Origin: Bacilli bacterium
GTDB lineage: Bacteria; Bacillota_I; Bacilli_A; JBKEDG01
Assembly (NCBI GenBank): GCA_047975285.1
Contig: JBKEDG010000052.1
Location: forward strand, 1,415-65,414
Direction: 5' to 3'
DNA: 64,000 bases
The notes beneath the pieces were generated by a model, which had not been told where the DNA came from, ran no database searches, and worked only from the letters and a program-made list of their open reading frames with translations. Positions 21,017-32,861 of this stretch are shown here, in pieces. A program made the translations under genes and the position numbers. Position 1 is the first letter of the stretch. Every line of letters starts with the position of its first letter.

Positions 21017-23311
21017 ATGGATAGAAAATATACGTATAATGTTTTAGAATTTGATAAAATATTATATTTATTAAGTAAAGAAACAGATACAAGTATTGCA
21101 AAAAATGATATATTAAAATTAGAGGCAAACACTAGTAAACAATATGTAGAGAAACAACTTGATATAACCCAAGAAGCATTTAACATTTTATCTTATACAG
21201 ATGCTTTTATATTCACAGGTAGAGTTGATATTTATAAATATCTAACACTAGTTGAAAAAGATGGTTTTTTAAGTTCTCATGAGTTTATTGATATACTTAA
21301 TCATATATCAGTTGTAAAAAGATTGAATAAATATGCTCAAGAATTAGATGTGAGCAATATTCCTTTTTTTAGGTCGCTAATCATTAAATTGACAATGCTT
21401 AATGAATTAGATGAAGAATTAACAAGATGTCTAGACAATGAGGGTAACGTTAAAGATAGTGCTAGTTTTGAAATTAAAAAATTAAGAAAAAATATTGCTA
21501 GTAAAGAAAATGAAATAAAAAATAAAATTAATCATATTATGATTTCTAAAAAATCAATGTTAAGTGAACGTATTATTACAATTAGAAATAATAGACAAGT
21601 ACTTGCAGTTAAAGCTGAGTATAAACATGTATTTGGAGGACTTATTCATGATGAAAGCATAAGTGGTCAAACAATTTATATTGAACCCGACTCTTGTGTT
21701 GGACTTAATAATAATTTAATTGAATTTAAAAGTAAGTTAAATAACGAGATTGATAAAGTTCTTATATACTTATCAAATTTTATTAAAAACAGAACAGATG
21801 ACATTAGAACAAATTTATATGTTATTAAAGAAATTGATATAATGTTTGCAAAAGCTAAATATTCAAAGAAAATTGATGGGCATAGAGTTAATTTTAGTAG
21901 CGATAACTTTGTGAATTTAATAGGTGCAAGACATCCCTTAATTAATCGAGATTTGGTTGTTTCAAATGATATAATCTTTAATGAAAATATTTTGATAATA
22001 ACTGGGGCTAATACTGGTGGAAAAACAATCACACTAAAAACAGTAGGGTTGTTTGCGTTGATGAATCAAATAGGGTTGTTTATAAGTTGTGGTCCTAATA
22101 GTAGTTTACCAATTTTTGATAAAATATTTACACAAATGGGTGATAACCAGTCATTAGAGAGTAACTTAAGTACATTTTCTTCACATGTTTTAGACTTAAA
22201 ATTTATTATTGAAAATGCTACTAGTTCCTCATTAGTTTTACTCGATGAAATTGGAAATGGAACTAACCCTAGTGAAGGTAGTGCTCTTGCTATTGCAATT
22301 CTAGAAGAACTAAATTCAAGAAATTGTAAAGTTATTGCTACTACACACTATAATGAATTAAAAGAGTATGCTACAACAAGAAATTATGTTTTAAGTAGTA
22401 GTGTGAAATTTAATGTTTCTAAATTAACACCTACTTATAAATTAAAACTAAATTCTACAGGGCATTCATATGCTCTTATGATTAGTGAAAGAATGGGGTT
22501 ACCAAAAAAAATAATTACAAATGCAAAACAAATATTAAATGATAATTTAGATCAAAATTTAATTTTATTAGAAAAGTTAAGTGAAAAAGAGAGTGTGTTT
22601 TCAGAAGAAAAGGATAAATTTAATGAAGAAAAAAAAGCGTTTGCTAAGGAAAAAGCAGAGTTAAATCATAAAATATCTGAGATCAATGATAGCAGTATAA
22701 AAATTATAAATCGGGCTAAAAATGAGGCTAATACAATAATAAATAACGCTATAAAACAATCAGATAAATTAATTATAGAATTAAAAAGTGAACAAAAACA
22801 TCACCAATTATTAAAAACAAAAAAAAGGCTTGAAGCAGAATTGTTTAAAGAAAAACAAAAGAAAAAAATGAGTGATATTGAAATTATAGAAGGCGATGAA
22901 GTGCTTGTTTTACCGTTTGAATCTAAGGCGGTAGTTGTAAAAAAAATAAATGACGATACTTTTGAAGTTTTAATTGGTAATATGAAGTCTTCAGTAAAAA
23001 AGTCAAATTTAATATTTAACTATCGAAGTAAGAATAAGAATAAATCGGAAGTAACATTAAATGTTAATAAAAAAACGAATTTAAAAATTGATTTGCGAGG
23101 ATTAAGAGTTGAAGAAGCTCGTTTAGCATTGGATAACTATCTTGATCGAGTAAAAATTAGTAATCTACCATATATAACGATTATTCATGGCTATGGAACA
23201 GGAGCTGTTAGAAAAATGGTCATAGAGTTACTTGAAAAAAAGAATTATAATTATCGTAGTGGTGGTGCAAATGAAGGCGGTAGTGGAGCCACAATTGTTG
23301 AATTTAAATAA
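21017..23311 (+). CDS. mutS2: Endonuclease MutS2
   Basis: MutS ATPase GANTGGKT, DEIGNGTNP, C-terminal Smr domain (IDLRGLRVEEA..IIHGYGTGAVR). Confidence 0.9.
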   Translation: MDRKYTYNVLEFDKILYLLSKETDTSIAKNDILKLEANTSKQYVEKQLDITQEAFNILSYTDAFIFTGRVDIYKYLTLVEKDGFLSSHEFIDILNHISVVKRLNKYAQELDVSNIPFFRSLIIKLTMLNELDEELTRCLDNEGNVKDSASFEIKKLRKNIASKENEIKNKINHIMISKKSMLSERIITIRNNRQVLAVKAEYKHVFGGLIHDESISGQTIYIEPDSCVGLNNNLIEFKSKLNNEIDKVLIYLSNFIKNRTDDIRTNLYVIKEIDIMFAKAKYSKKIDGHRVNFSSDNFVNLIGARHPLINRDLVVSNDIIFNENILIITGANTGGKTITLKTVGLFALMNQIGLFISCGPNSSLPIFDKIFTQMGDNQSLESNLSTFSSHVLDLKFIIENATSSSLVLLDEIGNGTNPSEGSALAIAILEELNSRNCKVIATTHYNELKEYATTRNYVLSSSVKFNVSKLTPTYKLKLNSTGHSYALMISERMGLPKKIITNAKQILNDNLDQNLILLEKLSEKESVFSEEKDKFNEEKKAFAKEKAELNHKISEINDSSIKIINRAKNEANTIINNAIKQSDKLIIELKSEQKHHQLLKTKKRLEAELFKEKQKKKMSDIEIIEGDEVLVLPFESKAVVVKKINDDTFEVLIGNMKSSVKKSNLIFNYRSKNKNKSEVTLNVNKKTNLKIDLRGLRVEEARLALDNYLDRVKISNLPYITIIHGYGTGAVRKMVIELLEKKNYNYRSGGANEGGSGATIVEFK

Positions 23312-23384
23312 AAATATCATATCTATGGTTATTTTAATTTTATTATGGTAAAATATAGATATAAATTTATTAGGAGGTAAAGAA

Positions 23385-23693
23385 ATGGTTAAAGTAATTA
23401 CAGCTGAAGAATTATCAAATTTAGATAATAATGGATCTATTTTAGTTGATTTTTTTGCAGATTGGTGTGGCCCATGTCAGCAGTTAGGTCCAATATTAGA
23501 TGAAGTTTCAAATGAAGTGGATACTCCTATTTACAAAATTAATGTTGATGATCCTGCTTCAAAAAAACTTGCAATGAAAAACAAGGTAATGTCTATTCCT
23601 ACAATGGTAATGTTTAAAAATGGTGAATCAGTTGCAACAACAGGATTTTTAGGTAAAGAAGATTTAATAAAGTTTATTAATGAAAATAAATAA
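23385..23693 (+). CDS. trxA: Thioredoxin
   Basis: WCGPCQ active site, 102 aa. Confidence 0.9.
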   Translation: MVKVITAEELSNLDNNGSILVDFFADWCGPCQQLGPILDEVSNEVDTPIYKINVDDPASKKLAMKNKVMSIPTMVMFKNGESVATTGFLGKEDLIKFINENK

Positions 23694-23759
23694 ACTATGA
23701 TTAGAAATTAGTAAATATAATTATTTATAGAAAGTCAATGATGATGGAAATTTGGCAAT

Positions 23760-23928
23760 GAATATTTATTAAGAACATCTATGAGTTAATAGAAGAAAGT
23801 AATTTTACTAGTAGAACTATTCGTAAAACTGCGTTAAAGTTATGAGAGTGTACTTGTGTACAAATTAAGGTGGTACCGCGAAATAATTTCGTCCTTATAT
23901 ATTTAATATATAGGGATTTTTTTAAGGA
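23760..23928 (+). promoter_or_regulatory. T-box riboswitch leader of asnS
   Basis: AATTAAGGTGGTACCGCG at 23863-23880 (near-consensus T-box), then TCCTTATATAT/ATATATAGGGA terminator hairpin plus TTTTTTT immediately before the asnS RBS. Confidence 0.75.
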
Positions 23929-23934
23929 GAAAAT

Positions 23935-25320
23935 ATGGATTTAAGAGAGTTAGTAAAAAAATATAAAGATTTGGAAGGTCAAACTGTAAATGTTTCTGGC
24001 TGGATTAGAAATAACCGTGACCAAAAAGAATTTGGATTTTTAGAACTATTTGATGGCACTGCTTTTGGGAGTATTCAAATAGTTTATTCAGATGATAATA
24101 CAAATAATTTTGAAGAAATTAGTAAATATAGAATTGGTAGTGCTCTTGAAATTGAGGGTGAAGTAGCTTTAACTCCTAATGCTAAACAACCGTTTGAAAT
24201 AATAGCAAAAAAAGTAGTTTTATGTGCTGATTCAGGTGAAGATTATCCAATTCAACCAAAGAGACATACAAGAGAATTTTTAAGAGAAAAAGCACATTTA
24301 AGAGCTCGTACGCTGTTATTTAACACAGTTTTTCGTGTTAGAAATGAACTGACTTATGCAGTGCATAAATATTTTCAAGAACATGGTTTTGTTAATTGTC
24401 CTTCTCCAATTATTACTAAAGTTGATGCAGAGGGAGCTGGAGAAATGTTTGGTGTTTCTGTTCTTGAGCATAAAAACCCACCACTAGATAAAGAAGGAAA
24501 TGTAGATTACAATAAAGATTTTTTTGGTGGGAAGAGTAGTTTAACTGTTACTGGGCAGTTACAAGCGGAGATATATGCGATGTCTTTTAAAAAAACATAT
24601 ACATTTGGTCCTACTTTTAGAGCAGAAAATTCTAATACAAGTAAACATGCCGCTGAGTTTTGGATGATTGAACCAGAGATAGCATTTGCTGATAATGAAG
24701 AAAATATGAGAATTGCGGAAGATTTTGTTAAGAACGTTATTTCTTATGTTTTAAATAATTGTGATGAAGAGTTGAAATGGTTAGATAAGTTTGTTGAAAA
24801 AGGGTTGATTGATAAATTAAAAGATGTAGTTAGCAAAGATTTTTTAAGAGTTACGTATACACAGGCACAAGAAATATTAAAAAATGCTGATGTTGAATTT
24901 GAATTTCCTATTGGATTTGGAAATGATTTGGCAAGTGAACATGAAAAATATCTAACGGATATTCATTTTAATGCTCCCGTTTTTGTGACTGATTGGCCAA
25001 AAGAAATGAAAGCTTTTTATATGAGATTGAATTCTGATAATAAAACTGTTGCTGGAATGGATTTACTTGTTCCAAGAGTTGGGGAATTAATAGGTGGAAG
25101 TCAACGTGAAGAAAGATATGATCATCTAATTAAGCGTATGAAAGAGATGAATGTACCAAGAAAAGATTTGGAGTGGTATTTAGATTTAAGAAAATATGGT
25201 GGTTGTTATCATTCTGGTTTTGGATTAGGATTTGAAAGATTGGTAATGTATGTTACAGGAATTGAAAACATTAGAGATGTTCATCCATTTCCAAGGACAC
25301 CTAACAATTGTGAATTTTAG
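23935..25320 (+). CDS. asnS: Asparaginyl-tRNA synthetase
   Basis: Class II motifs FGPTFRAENSNTSKHAAEFWMIEPE, GGSQREER, GFGLGFERL; N-terminal OB fold; 461 aa. Confidence 0.9.
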   Translation: MDLRELVKKYKDLEGQTVNVSGWIRNNRDQKEFGFLELFDGTAFGSIQIVYSDDNTNNFEEISKYRIGSALEIEGEVALTPNAKQPFEIIAKKVVLCADSGEDYPIQPKRHTREFLREKAHLRARTLLFNTVFRVRNELTYAVHKYFQEHGFVNCPSPIITKVDAEGAGEMFGVSVLEHKNPPLDKEGNVDYNKDFFGGKSSLTVTGQLQAEIYAMSFKKTYTFGPTFRAENSNTSKHAAEFWMIEPEIAFADNEENMRIAEDFVKNVISYVLNNCDEELKWLDKFVEKGLIDKLKDVVSKDFLRVTYTQAQEILKNADVEFEFPIGFGNDLASEHEKYLTDIHFNAPVFVTDWPKEMKAFYMRLNSDNKTVAGMDLLVPRVGELIGGSQREERYDHLIKRMKEMNVPRKDLEWYLDLRKYGGCYHSGFGLGFERLVMYVTGIENIRDVHPFPRTPNNCEF

Positions 25321-25321
25321 T

Positions 25322-26047
25322 ATGGAGAGAGTACAAAAAGTTATTGCTCATAGTGGATATTGCTCGCGTAGAAAGGCAGAAGATTTAATACTATTAGGTA
25401 AAGTAAAAGTAAATGGAGAAATAATTACCAAATTGGGATTTAAAGTTAATCCTTCAGATGTTATTATAGTTGAAGGAAAATTAATTGTTCGTGAAGATCC
25501 AGTATATTTTATTTTTAATAAGCCCAAAGGATTTTTGTGTTCAACTGTAAGTGAAGATAATAAACCATCTATAATGGACTTTTTTAGTGATGTTGAAGAG
25601 AGAATTTATCCAGTTGGAAGATTGGATTTTAATACAAGTGGGTTACTTTTACTTACAAACGATGGTGAATTTGCAAATTTGATGATGCATCCTAGTTATA
25701 AAATTGCCAAGAAATATTCTTTAAGATGTAAAGGTAAATTAAAGGGTAGTGAAATTTTTAAATTAGAGAATGGAATTATTGTTGATGGGTATAAGACAAA
25801 AAGAGCTAAAATAAAAGTTAAGAAATATGATAGAATGAAAGATGATACACTTTTAGATATTACTATTTATGAGGGAAGAAATCAACAGATTAGAAAAATG
25901 TTTTTAAATATTGGACACGGCGTTAAACAGTTGAAAAGAATACAATATGGGAAACTTAATTTAGATGGAGTCGCACAAGGAGAATATCGAAAATTAAAAG
26001 TTCATGAGCTTAAGGAATTGTATAATATTGCAAAAAATGGTATATAA
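25322..26047 (+). CDS. rluB: rRNA pseudouridine synthase (RluB/RsuA family)
   Basis: S4 domain MERVQKVIAHSGYCSRRKAEDLI, catalytic PVGRLDFNTSGLLLLTNDG. Confidence 0.8.
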   Translation: MERVQKVIAHSGYCSRRKAEDLILLGKVKVNGEIITKLGFKVNPSDVIIVEGKLIVREDPVYFIFNKPKGFLCSTVSEDNKPSIMDFFSDVEERIYPVGRLDFNTSGLLLLTNDGEFANLMMHPSYKIAKKYSLRCKGKLKGSEIFKLENGIIVDGYKTKRAKIKVKKYDRMKDDTLLDITIYEGRNQQIRKMFLNIGHGVKQLKRIQYGKLNLDGVAQGEYRKLKVHELKELYNIAKNGI

Positions 26048-26071
26048 TTCAAAATGTTAGTATTGTAGTAA

Positions 26072-27607
<1,536 letters not shown>

Positions 27608-27621
27608 ATTACGGGGGTATT

Positions 27622-30120
27622 ATGAAATATAATAATGAAATAATAATGAAACTAAATGATGATATAAATAAATATTTTCTTAATATTTTTCCTGTTGATG
27701 AAACTATGCATTTAACTCATGAAGGCGTGAGTAGGCTTGTAATGATTGATAGATATGCTCAAAAGGACAAAAGTTTAAAATCGCTTTCTGAGGGAGATAT
27801 TGTTATTACAATTGTCAAAGATGATTTGAATTTTCCAACGAGAGGAATTGGGAAAGTCATTAAATTATCATGGTCAACAAACGAAGCAATTATTGAACTA
27901 GAGGAAGAATTTTGTGGTTCATTAGAAGATGAAGAGGAAATTAGTACAAGAAGAATTAAAAGAAGTTTAAGTGTAGTTGAAAAGCCATTAGAATTGTATT
28001 ATGAACAAATTGCAAAGCGTGTTGCTTTTGCCCTTAGTAGAGAAGAGAGAAGTGAAGATTTAAGAGAATCTACATTTATGGATTTTTATGAAGTGCTAAG
28101 TGATATGTCATTTGTACCAGCGGGAAGAGTATTATTTGGTGCAGGTAGTGGAAATGAAGTAACATTTTTCAATTGTTTTGTAATGCCGATGATACAAGAC
28201 TCAAGAGGTGGTATTAGCGAACATCGTAAGGAAGTTATGGAAATAATGTCTCGTGGAGGAGGAGTAGGAACTAATGGTAGTTCACTTCGTCCAAGACATT
28301 GTCGTGCTAAAACTGTTGGTGGTAGAAGTAGCGGTGCAGTTAGTTGGTTAAATGATTTGAGTGGGCTAACTCATTTAGTAGAGCAGGGTGGTAGTCGTCG
28401 TGGAGCACAAATGATTATGATGGCTGATTGGCACCCTGATATTATTGAGTTTATTATTTCAAAAATGCAAAACCCTAAAATATTAAGATTTTTAATTGAA
28501 AATTCTAAAAATGATTTAATTGTTGAAACAGCAAAAGAAAAGTTAGCGTTTATTCCATTAACTTCTATTGAAAAAAAATTATATAGAGAGATTATTGATT
28601 CTGAAAATACTGTACCAAGTGATGTATATGAAGAAGCAACTAGTAAACTTAGAGATGGTGGAACTTATAATGTAAATGAGCCTGATTTTTTAACCGGTGC
28701 AAATATTTCTGTTAATATTACTTCTGAATTTATGGAGGCAGTTTTTAAAGATGATATTTATGAATTAAGGTATCCAGATTTAGATGCTTTGACTGATGAA
28801 CAAAAAGAATTTTATGATGAAAAATGGCATGAGATTGGTGATGTTAGAGAATGGGAAAGTTTAGGCTATCCAGTCAAAACATACTATGAAATTGAGGCCC
28901 GTGAATTATGGGATTTGATAAATGTTTGTGCTACATATAGTGCAGAACCAGGAGTGTTTTTCATTGATAATGCCAATGATATGACTAATGCAGTTGCTTA
29001 TGACCAAAAAATTGTTGCTACGAATCCTTGTGGTGAACAACCGCTTGCACCGTATTCTGTGTGTAATTTAGCAGCAATTAATCTCTCAAATGTTGTTGAT
29101 AAAGCAACAGGAGAAATTAATTATGAAAAACTAAAGCGAATTATTAGAATTGGTGTTAGAATGCAAGATAATGTAATAGATGTTACACCTTATTTCTTAG
29201 AATCTAATAAAGAACAAGCTCTTGGAGAAAGAAGAGTTGGTCTAGGTGTTATGGGACTTCATGATTTGTTAATATGGAATAAGAAAAAATATGGTAGCGT
29301 AGAGGGTAATGAGGTTGTAAGTAAAGTTATGCAAATTATTGCAGAAACTGCTTATAACACAAGTATTGATTTAGCTAAAGAAAAAGGAAGTTTTCCATTT
29401 TTAATTAATAGAGATAAACTATTAACATCAGGATACATAAAAAAATTACCTGATGAGATTAAGGAAAAAATCAAAAAAGAGGGTATTAGAAATTCACATT
29501 TATTAACCATTGCTCCTACTGGATCTACAGGTACTATGGTAGGTGTTTCTACTGGACTTGAACCATATTTTTCATTTAAGTATTTTAGAAGTGGAAGGCT
29601 TGGGAAATTTATTGAAGTTAATGCTAAAATTGTTGATGAATGGTTAAAATATAATCCTCAGTATAATGAGAATAATTTACCCAATTATTTTATTTCCGCA
29701 ATGGAATTGTCTGCAGAAGAACATGTAGAAGTTCAATGTGTGATTCAGTATTGGATTGATTCTTCGATATCTAAGACAGTTAATGCTCCAAAAGGATATA
29801 GTGTTAAAAACGTTGAAAAAATATATGAAAAACTATATTTAGGCGGTGCTAAGGGAGGTACTGTTTATGTTGATGGATCACGCGAAAGCCAAGTTTTATC
29901 TCTAACAAATGAAGATATAGAGATTACTGAACAACTTGACTTAGGATTGAATGTTAAAAATAATGATGTTAGTTTGGATACTGTTGTTACAAAGCAAGAC
30001 CAAGATGTTGGTGTAGAAATAAATAATATTTGCCCAATTTGTAAAGAAGGAAGAGTTATTGATTCTGGTGGCTGCAATACTTGTAGTAATTGTGGAGCTC
30101 AACTTAAGTGTGGTTTATAA
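27622..30120 (+). CDS. nrdJ: Adenosylcobalamin-dependent ribonucleotide reductase (class II, NrdJ) with C-terminal Cys4 zinc ribbon
   Basis: TNPCGEQPLAPYSVCNLAAINL active-site/thiyl region, IDRYAQKD N-terminus (compare RDRYFMKD of class II enzymes), no ATP-cone, C-terminal CPICKEGRVIDSGGCNTCSNCG. Confidence 0.85.
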   Translation: MKYNNEIIMKLNDDINKYFLNIFPVDETMHLTHEGVSRLVMIDRYAQKDKSLKSLSEGDIVITIVKDDLNFPTRGIGKVIKLSWSTNEAIIELEEEFCGSLEDEEEISTRRIKRSLSVVEKPLELYYEQIAKRVAFALSREERSEDLRESTFMDFYEVLSDMSFVPAGRVLFGAGSGNEVTFFNCFVMPMIQDSRGGISEHRKEVMEIMSRGGGVGTNGSSLRPRHCRAKTVGGRSSGAVSWLNDLSGLTHLVEQGGSRRGAQMIMMADWHPDIIEFIISKMQNPKILRFLIENSKNDLIVETAKEKLAFIPLTSIEKKLYREIIDSENTVPSDVYEEATSKLRDGGTYNVNEPDFLTGANISVNITSEFMEAVFKDDIYELRYPDLDALTDEQKEFYDEKWHEIGDVREWESLGYPVKTYYEIEARELWDLINVCATYSAEPGVFFIDNANDMTNAVAYDQKIVATNPCGEQPLAPYSVCNLAAINLSNVVDKATGEINYEKLKRIIRIGVRMQDNVIDVTPYFLESNKEQALGERRVGLGVMGLHDLLIWNKKKYGSVEGNEVVSKVMQIIAETAYNTSIDLAKEKGSFPFLINRDKLLTSGYIKKLPDEIKEKIKKEGIRNSHLLTIAPTGSTGTMVGVSTGLEPYFSFKYFRSGRLGKFIEVNAKIVDEWLKYNPQYNENNLPNYFISAMELSAEEHVEVQCVIQYWIDSSISKTVNAPKGYSVKNVEKIYEKLYLGGAKGGTVYVDGSRESQVLSLTNEDIEITEQLDLGLNVKNNDVSLDTVVTKQDQDVGVEINNICPICKEGRVIDSGGCNTCSNCGAQLKCGL

Positions 30121-30125
30121 TTAAA

Positions 30126-30165
30126 AAAAGCAAGGTGAACTGAAACATTCACCTTGCTTTTTAAA
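30126..30165 (+). terminator. Intrinsic terminator after nrdJ
   Basis: GCAAGGTGAA-CTGAAACA-TTCACCTTGC 10-bp stem then TTTTT. Confidence 0.7.
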
Positions 30166-30167
30166 AA

Positions 30168-30203
30168 TATAAAAGTAGGAAGAATTACCTTACCTACTTT
30201 TTG
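30168..30203 (-). terminator. Intrinsic terminator after rpsD
   Basis: AAGTAGG...CCTACTT hairpin followed by T-run on the minus strand. Confidence 0.45.
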
Positions 30204-30210
30204 AATTGTA

Positions 30211-30810
30211 TTACTTATTATAAAATTCTACTATCAATTGTTCATTAATTTCTTGATTTAATTCATTACGTTCTGGCATACGTATAAAAGTACCAGCCAT
30301 TTTTTCCTCATCAAATGATACAAATTCCAATCTAGAAGTAGTAGTATTCAAACTTTCGACAATTGCTGGATGTTTTCTTGACTGCTCTTTAACAGATATT
30401 ACTTGTCCAGGTTTAACAATATATGATGGAATATCCACTTTTTTACCATCTACTAAAATATGTCCATGATTTACAACTTGTCTTGACGCTCTTCTAGTAT
30501 TAGCAAGTCCCATTCGATAAACAACATTATCAAGACGACTTTCTAATAATTTTAAGAAGTTCTCACCATGAGGTCCATCTAATTTTTTCGATTTATCAAA
30601 TGTTGTACGAAATTGTTTTTCGTTCACAGCATACATAAATCTTACCTTTTGTTTTTCTGATAATTGTAAACCATAATTTGATAATTTAATTCTTCTCTTA
30701 CCATGTTGTCCAGGTGGAAATGGACGCTTTTGTAACTCTTTACCATTTTCTAAGATTGAAAATCCTAATCTTCTACTTCTTTTCCAAGTAGGTTCTTTAA
30801 TTCTTGCCAT
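30211..30810 (-). CDS. rpsD: 30S ribosomal protein S4
   Basis: [18 protein letters not shown]..., S4 domain; 199 aa. Confidence 0.95.
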   Translation of the reverse strand: MARIKEPTWKRSRRLGFSILENGKELQKRPFPPGQHGKRRIKLSNYGLQLSEKQKVRFMYAVNEKQFRTTFDKSKKLDGPHGENFLKLLESRLDNVVYRMGLANTRRASRQVVNHGHILVDGKKVDIPSYIVKPGQVISVKEQSRKHPAIVESLNTTTSRLEFVSFDEEKMAGTFIRMPERNELNQEINEQLIVEFYNK

Positions 30811-31112
30811 TGTATTGCCTCCTTATTATAGTTGCGCAATCCAAGTTAATAAAATCTAGATACTAAGGGAGTCTAAGTTCACCTGCAGTTAGGTTACTAT
30901 ATTTCTTTACTTAAACACTTTTAATATAAGTCTCATTTACTGCATTAATACGCACAAACTATTATAATATATTTCAAACTATTTGTCAAATTTCTTAATA
31001 AAAAAAAAATTAAAAATTTGCAACTAATATTTTATACATAATATCAATTCATTACATAGAATTTTAATTTAATTTATGATAAAATATATATGTATAGATG
31101 TGAGGTGTATTT

Positions 31113-32861
31113 ATGGATAAAATTACAAATGTTTTAACGAAATATTCAATGTTTTTAATAATAATTTTTGTTGTTTTACTAGTAATAGTTCTACTGTTTT
31201 TTTTGCACTATAAAAAACGTAAATATAAAGAATACAGTGAAATTGTTAGTGATTTAGATAAACAGAAAGTAAGAATAACTTTTACTCCTATTGATGTTGA
31301 ACTATCAAAATTGAATAAAGTTATTAAAAATAAAGAACTGTTAATTGTTTTAAATGATTGGAATGAAAAGTGGAATTTAATTTTAATTGATAAAATTAGT
31401 GAAATATCGGATAAAATTCTTGAAATAGAGGATAATGTTGAACGAAGAAAATTTAAAAATATTTCAGTAGATGTAGATGAATGTCAAAAGATGATTGATG
31501 CTTTAAAAAAAGAAACTGAAGAATTGCAAAATGAAATCTACGAAGTTAGTGTTATTGAAGATAGAATAAGAGAAAAAGTTACGAAAATTAAGGCTGACTT
31601 TAGAAATGTAAAAAAAATATTTGTAGATAATGAAGCATTATTATATTATATGAAAAAAGAACTTGATGAAAAATTTGATGAATTTGTGAACCATGTGCAT
31701 GATTTAGAATTGATTGTAGGTGCAAATGAATATACTGCTGCCGAAGAACTAGTTGAAAGTGTTGAAGAAGAGGTAAAGGTTTTAAGAATTTTGGTGGAAA
31801 AACTTCCCGAACTTGTGTATGTCGTTAAGCAATATATTCCAAGAAAAGTTGTTGCATTTGAAAATATGTATAAAAAAAAATTAGATAGCGAAGTTTATTT
31901 AGCTCATTTACTTTTTGATGAGAAAATTGCAGAAATATCAAAAATGATTGATGAAGTTATTGAAAAAATGAAGAAATTATCATTTGAAGATGTTGAAGCA
32001 GAAATAGATGCAATAAGTATTTTTACTGATAATTTATTCAAAACATTAGATGATGAGAGTAATAATTTTTATATATTTAATGAAAAATATCATGAACTTG
32101 AAGATGTTATTAGCGATATAAAATTGTATGTTGAAGAATTAAAAAATGAAATTGAGAAAGTTAAAGTACTTTACGATTTAGATGATTTTGATGAAGAAGA
32201 AGCAAATAAATTTAATTATGAGCTAAATGAGCTAGTTGAGACATTTAAATGTATAAATGAATTTCCAGAAGTTGAACAAACTTATTTTGAATTAATTAAA
32301 GTAGTAGATGATTTATTAATAAAAACAAATGGAATTTTTAGTCGTGTTGAAGAAAGTAGTTCTAAAATTATGAGTTTAAGAGCAGATGAACAACGTGCTA
32401 GGGAACAAATGATGGAAATCCAATACTTAGTTGATCAGACAAGAAAATCAATTAAGACTGCAAAGCTACCAGTAGTTCCTGCAGAATATCGAGTTTACGT
32501 TGCTGATGCAAAAGATGGGATAAGATATATTAGTGAAGAACTAGATAAAGTACCAATTGTTGTAAAAGATTTAAACCAAAGAGTTGAAACTTCTTTAAAA
32601 CTAGCATATAAGTTACATAGTAATACTAAGAAAATAATTAAAGAATCAATGTTATCTGAAGTTGCCATTATATATGGTAATAGATACCGCTCTAATATTA
32701 GTAATGTAGATATTGCAATAACTAAAGCAGAAAAGTTGTATTATATTGGAAAATATCATGATGCACTTAATGTTGTAGTTAATGCTTTGGAAAAAACTGA
32801 GCCAGGTATTTATAATCAATTGAAGAAGTTCTTTGAAAAAGGTGAAATAATTAATGAATAA
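31113..32861 (+). CDS. ezrA: Septation ring formation regulator EzrA
   Basis: Single N-terminal TM, about 550 aa of charged coiled-coil/spectrin-like repeats; divergent from rpsD and followed by csd-thiI as in Staphylococcus/Bacillus. Confidence 0.65.
   Translation: MDKITNVLTKYSMFLIIIFVVLLVIVLLFFLHYKKRKYKEYSEIVSDLDKQKVRITFTPIDVELSKLNKVIKNKELLIVLNDWNEKWNLILIDKISEISDKILEIEDNVERRKFKNISVDVDECQKMIDALKKETEELQNEIYEVSVIEDRIREKVTKIKADFRNVKKIFVDNEALLYYMKKELDEKFDEFVNHVHDLELIVGANEYTAAEELVESVEEEVKVLRILVEKLPELVYVVKQYIPRKVVAFENMYKKKLDSEVYLAHLLFDEKIAEISKMIDEVIEKMKKLSFEDVEAEIDAISIFTDNLFKTLDDESNNFYIFNEKYHELEDVISDIKLYVEELKNEIEKVKVLYDLDDFDEEEANKFNYELNELVETFKCINEFPEVEQTYFELIKVVDDLLIKTNGIFSRVEESSSKIMSLRADEQRAREQMMEIQYLVDQTRKSIKTAKLPVVPAEYRVYVADAKDGIRYISEELDKVPIVVKDLNQRVETSLKLAYKLHSNTKKIIKESMLSEVAIIYGNRYRSNISNVDIAITKAEKLYYIGKYHDALNVVVNALEKTEPGIYNQLKKFFEKGEIINE

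Noticed and set aside
19239-22032. Antisense ORFs 19239-19442, 20953-21186 and 21676-22032
   Set aside because: They are embedded antisense in rnhC, cvpA and mutS2, and are frame artefacts.
27622-30120. Possible intein or unusual insertion in NrdJ (length 832 aa)
   Set aside because: The extra length is explained by the N-terminal extension and the C-terminal zinc-ribbon tail common in class II RNRs. There are no intein splice-junction motifs such as C/S...HN-C/S/T.
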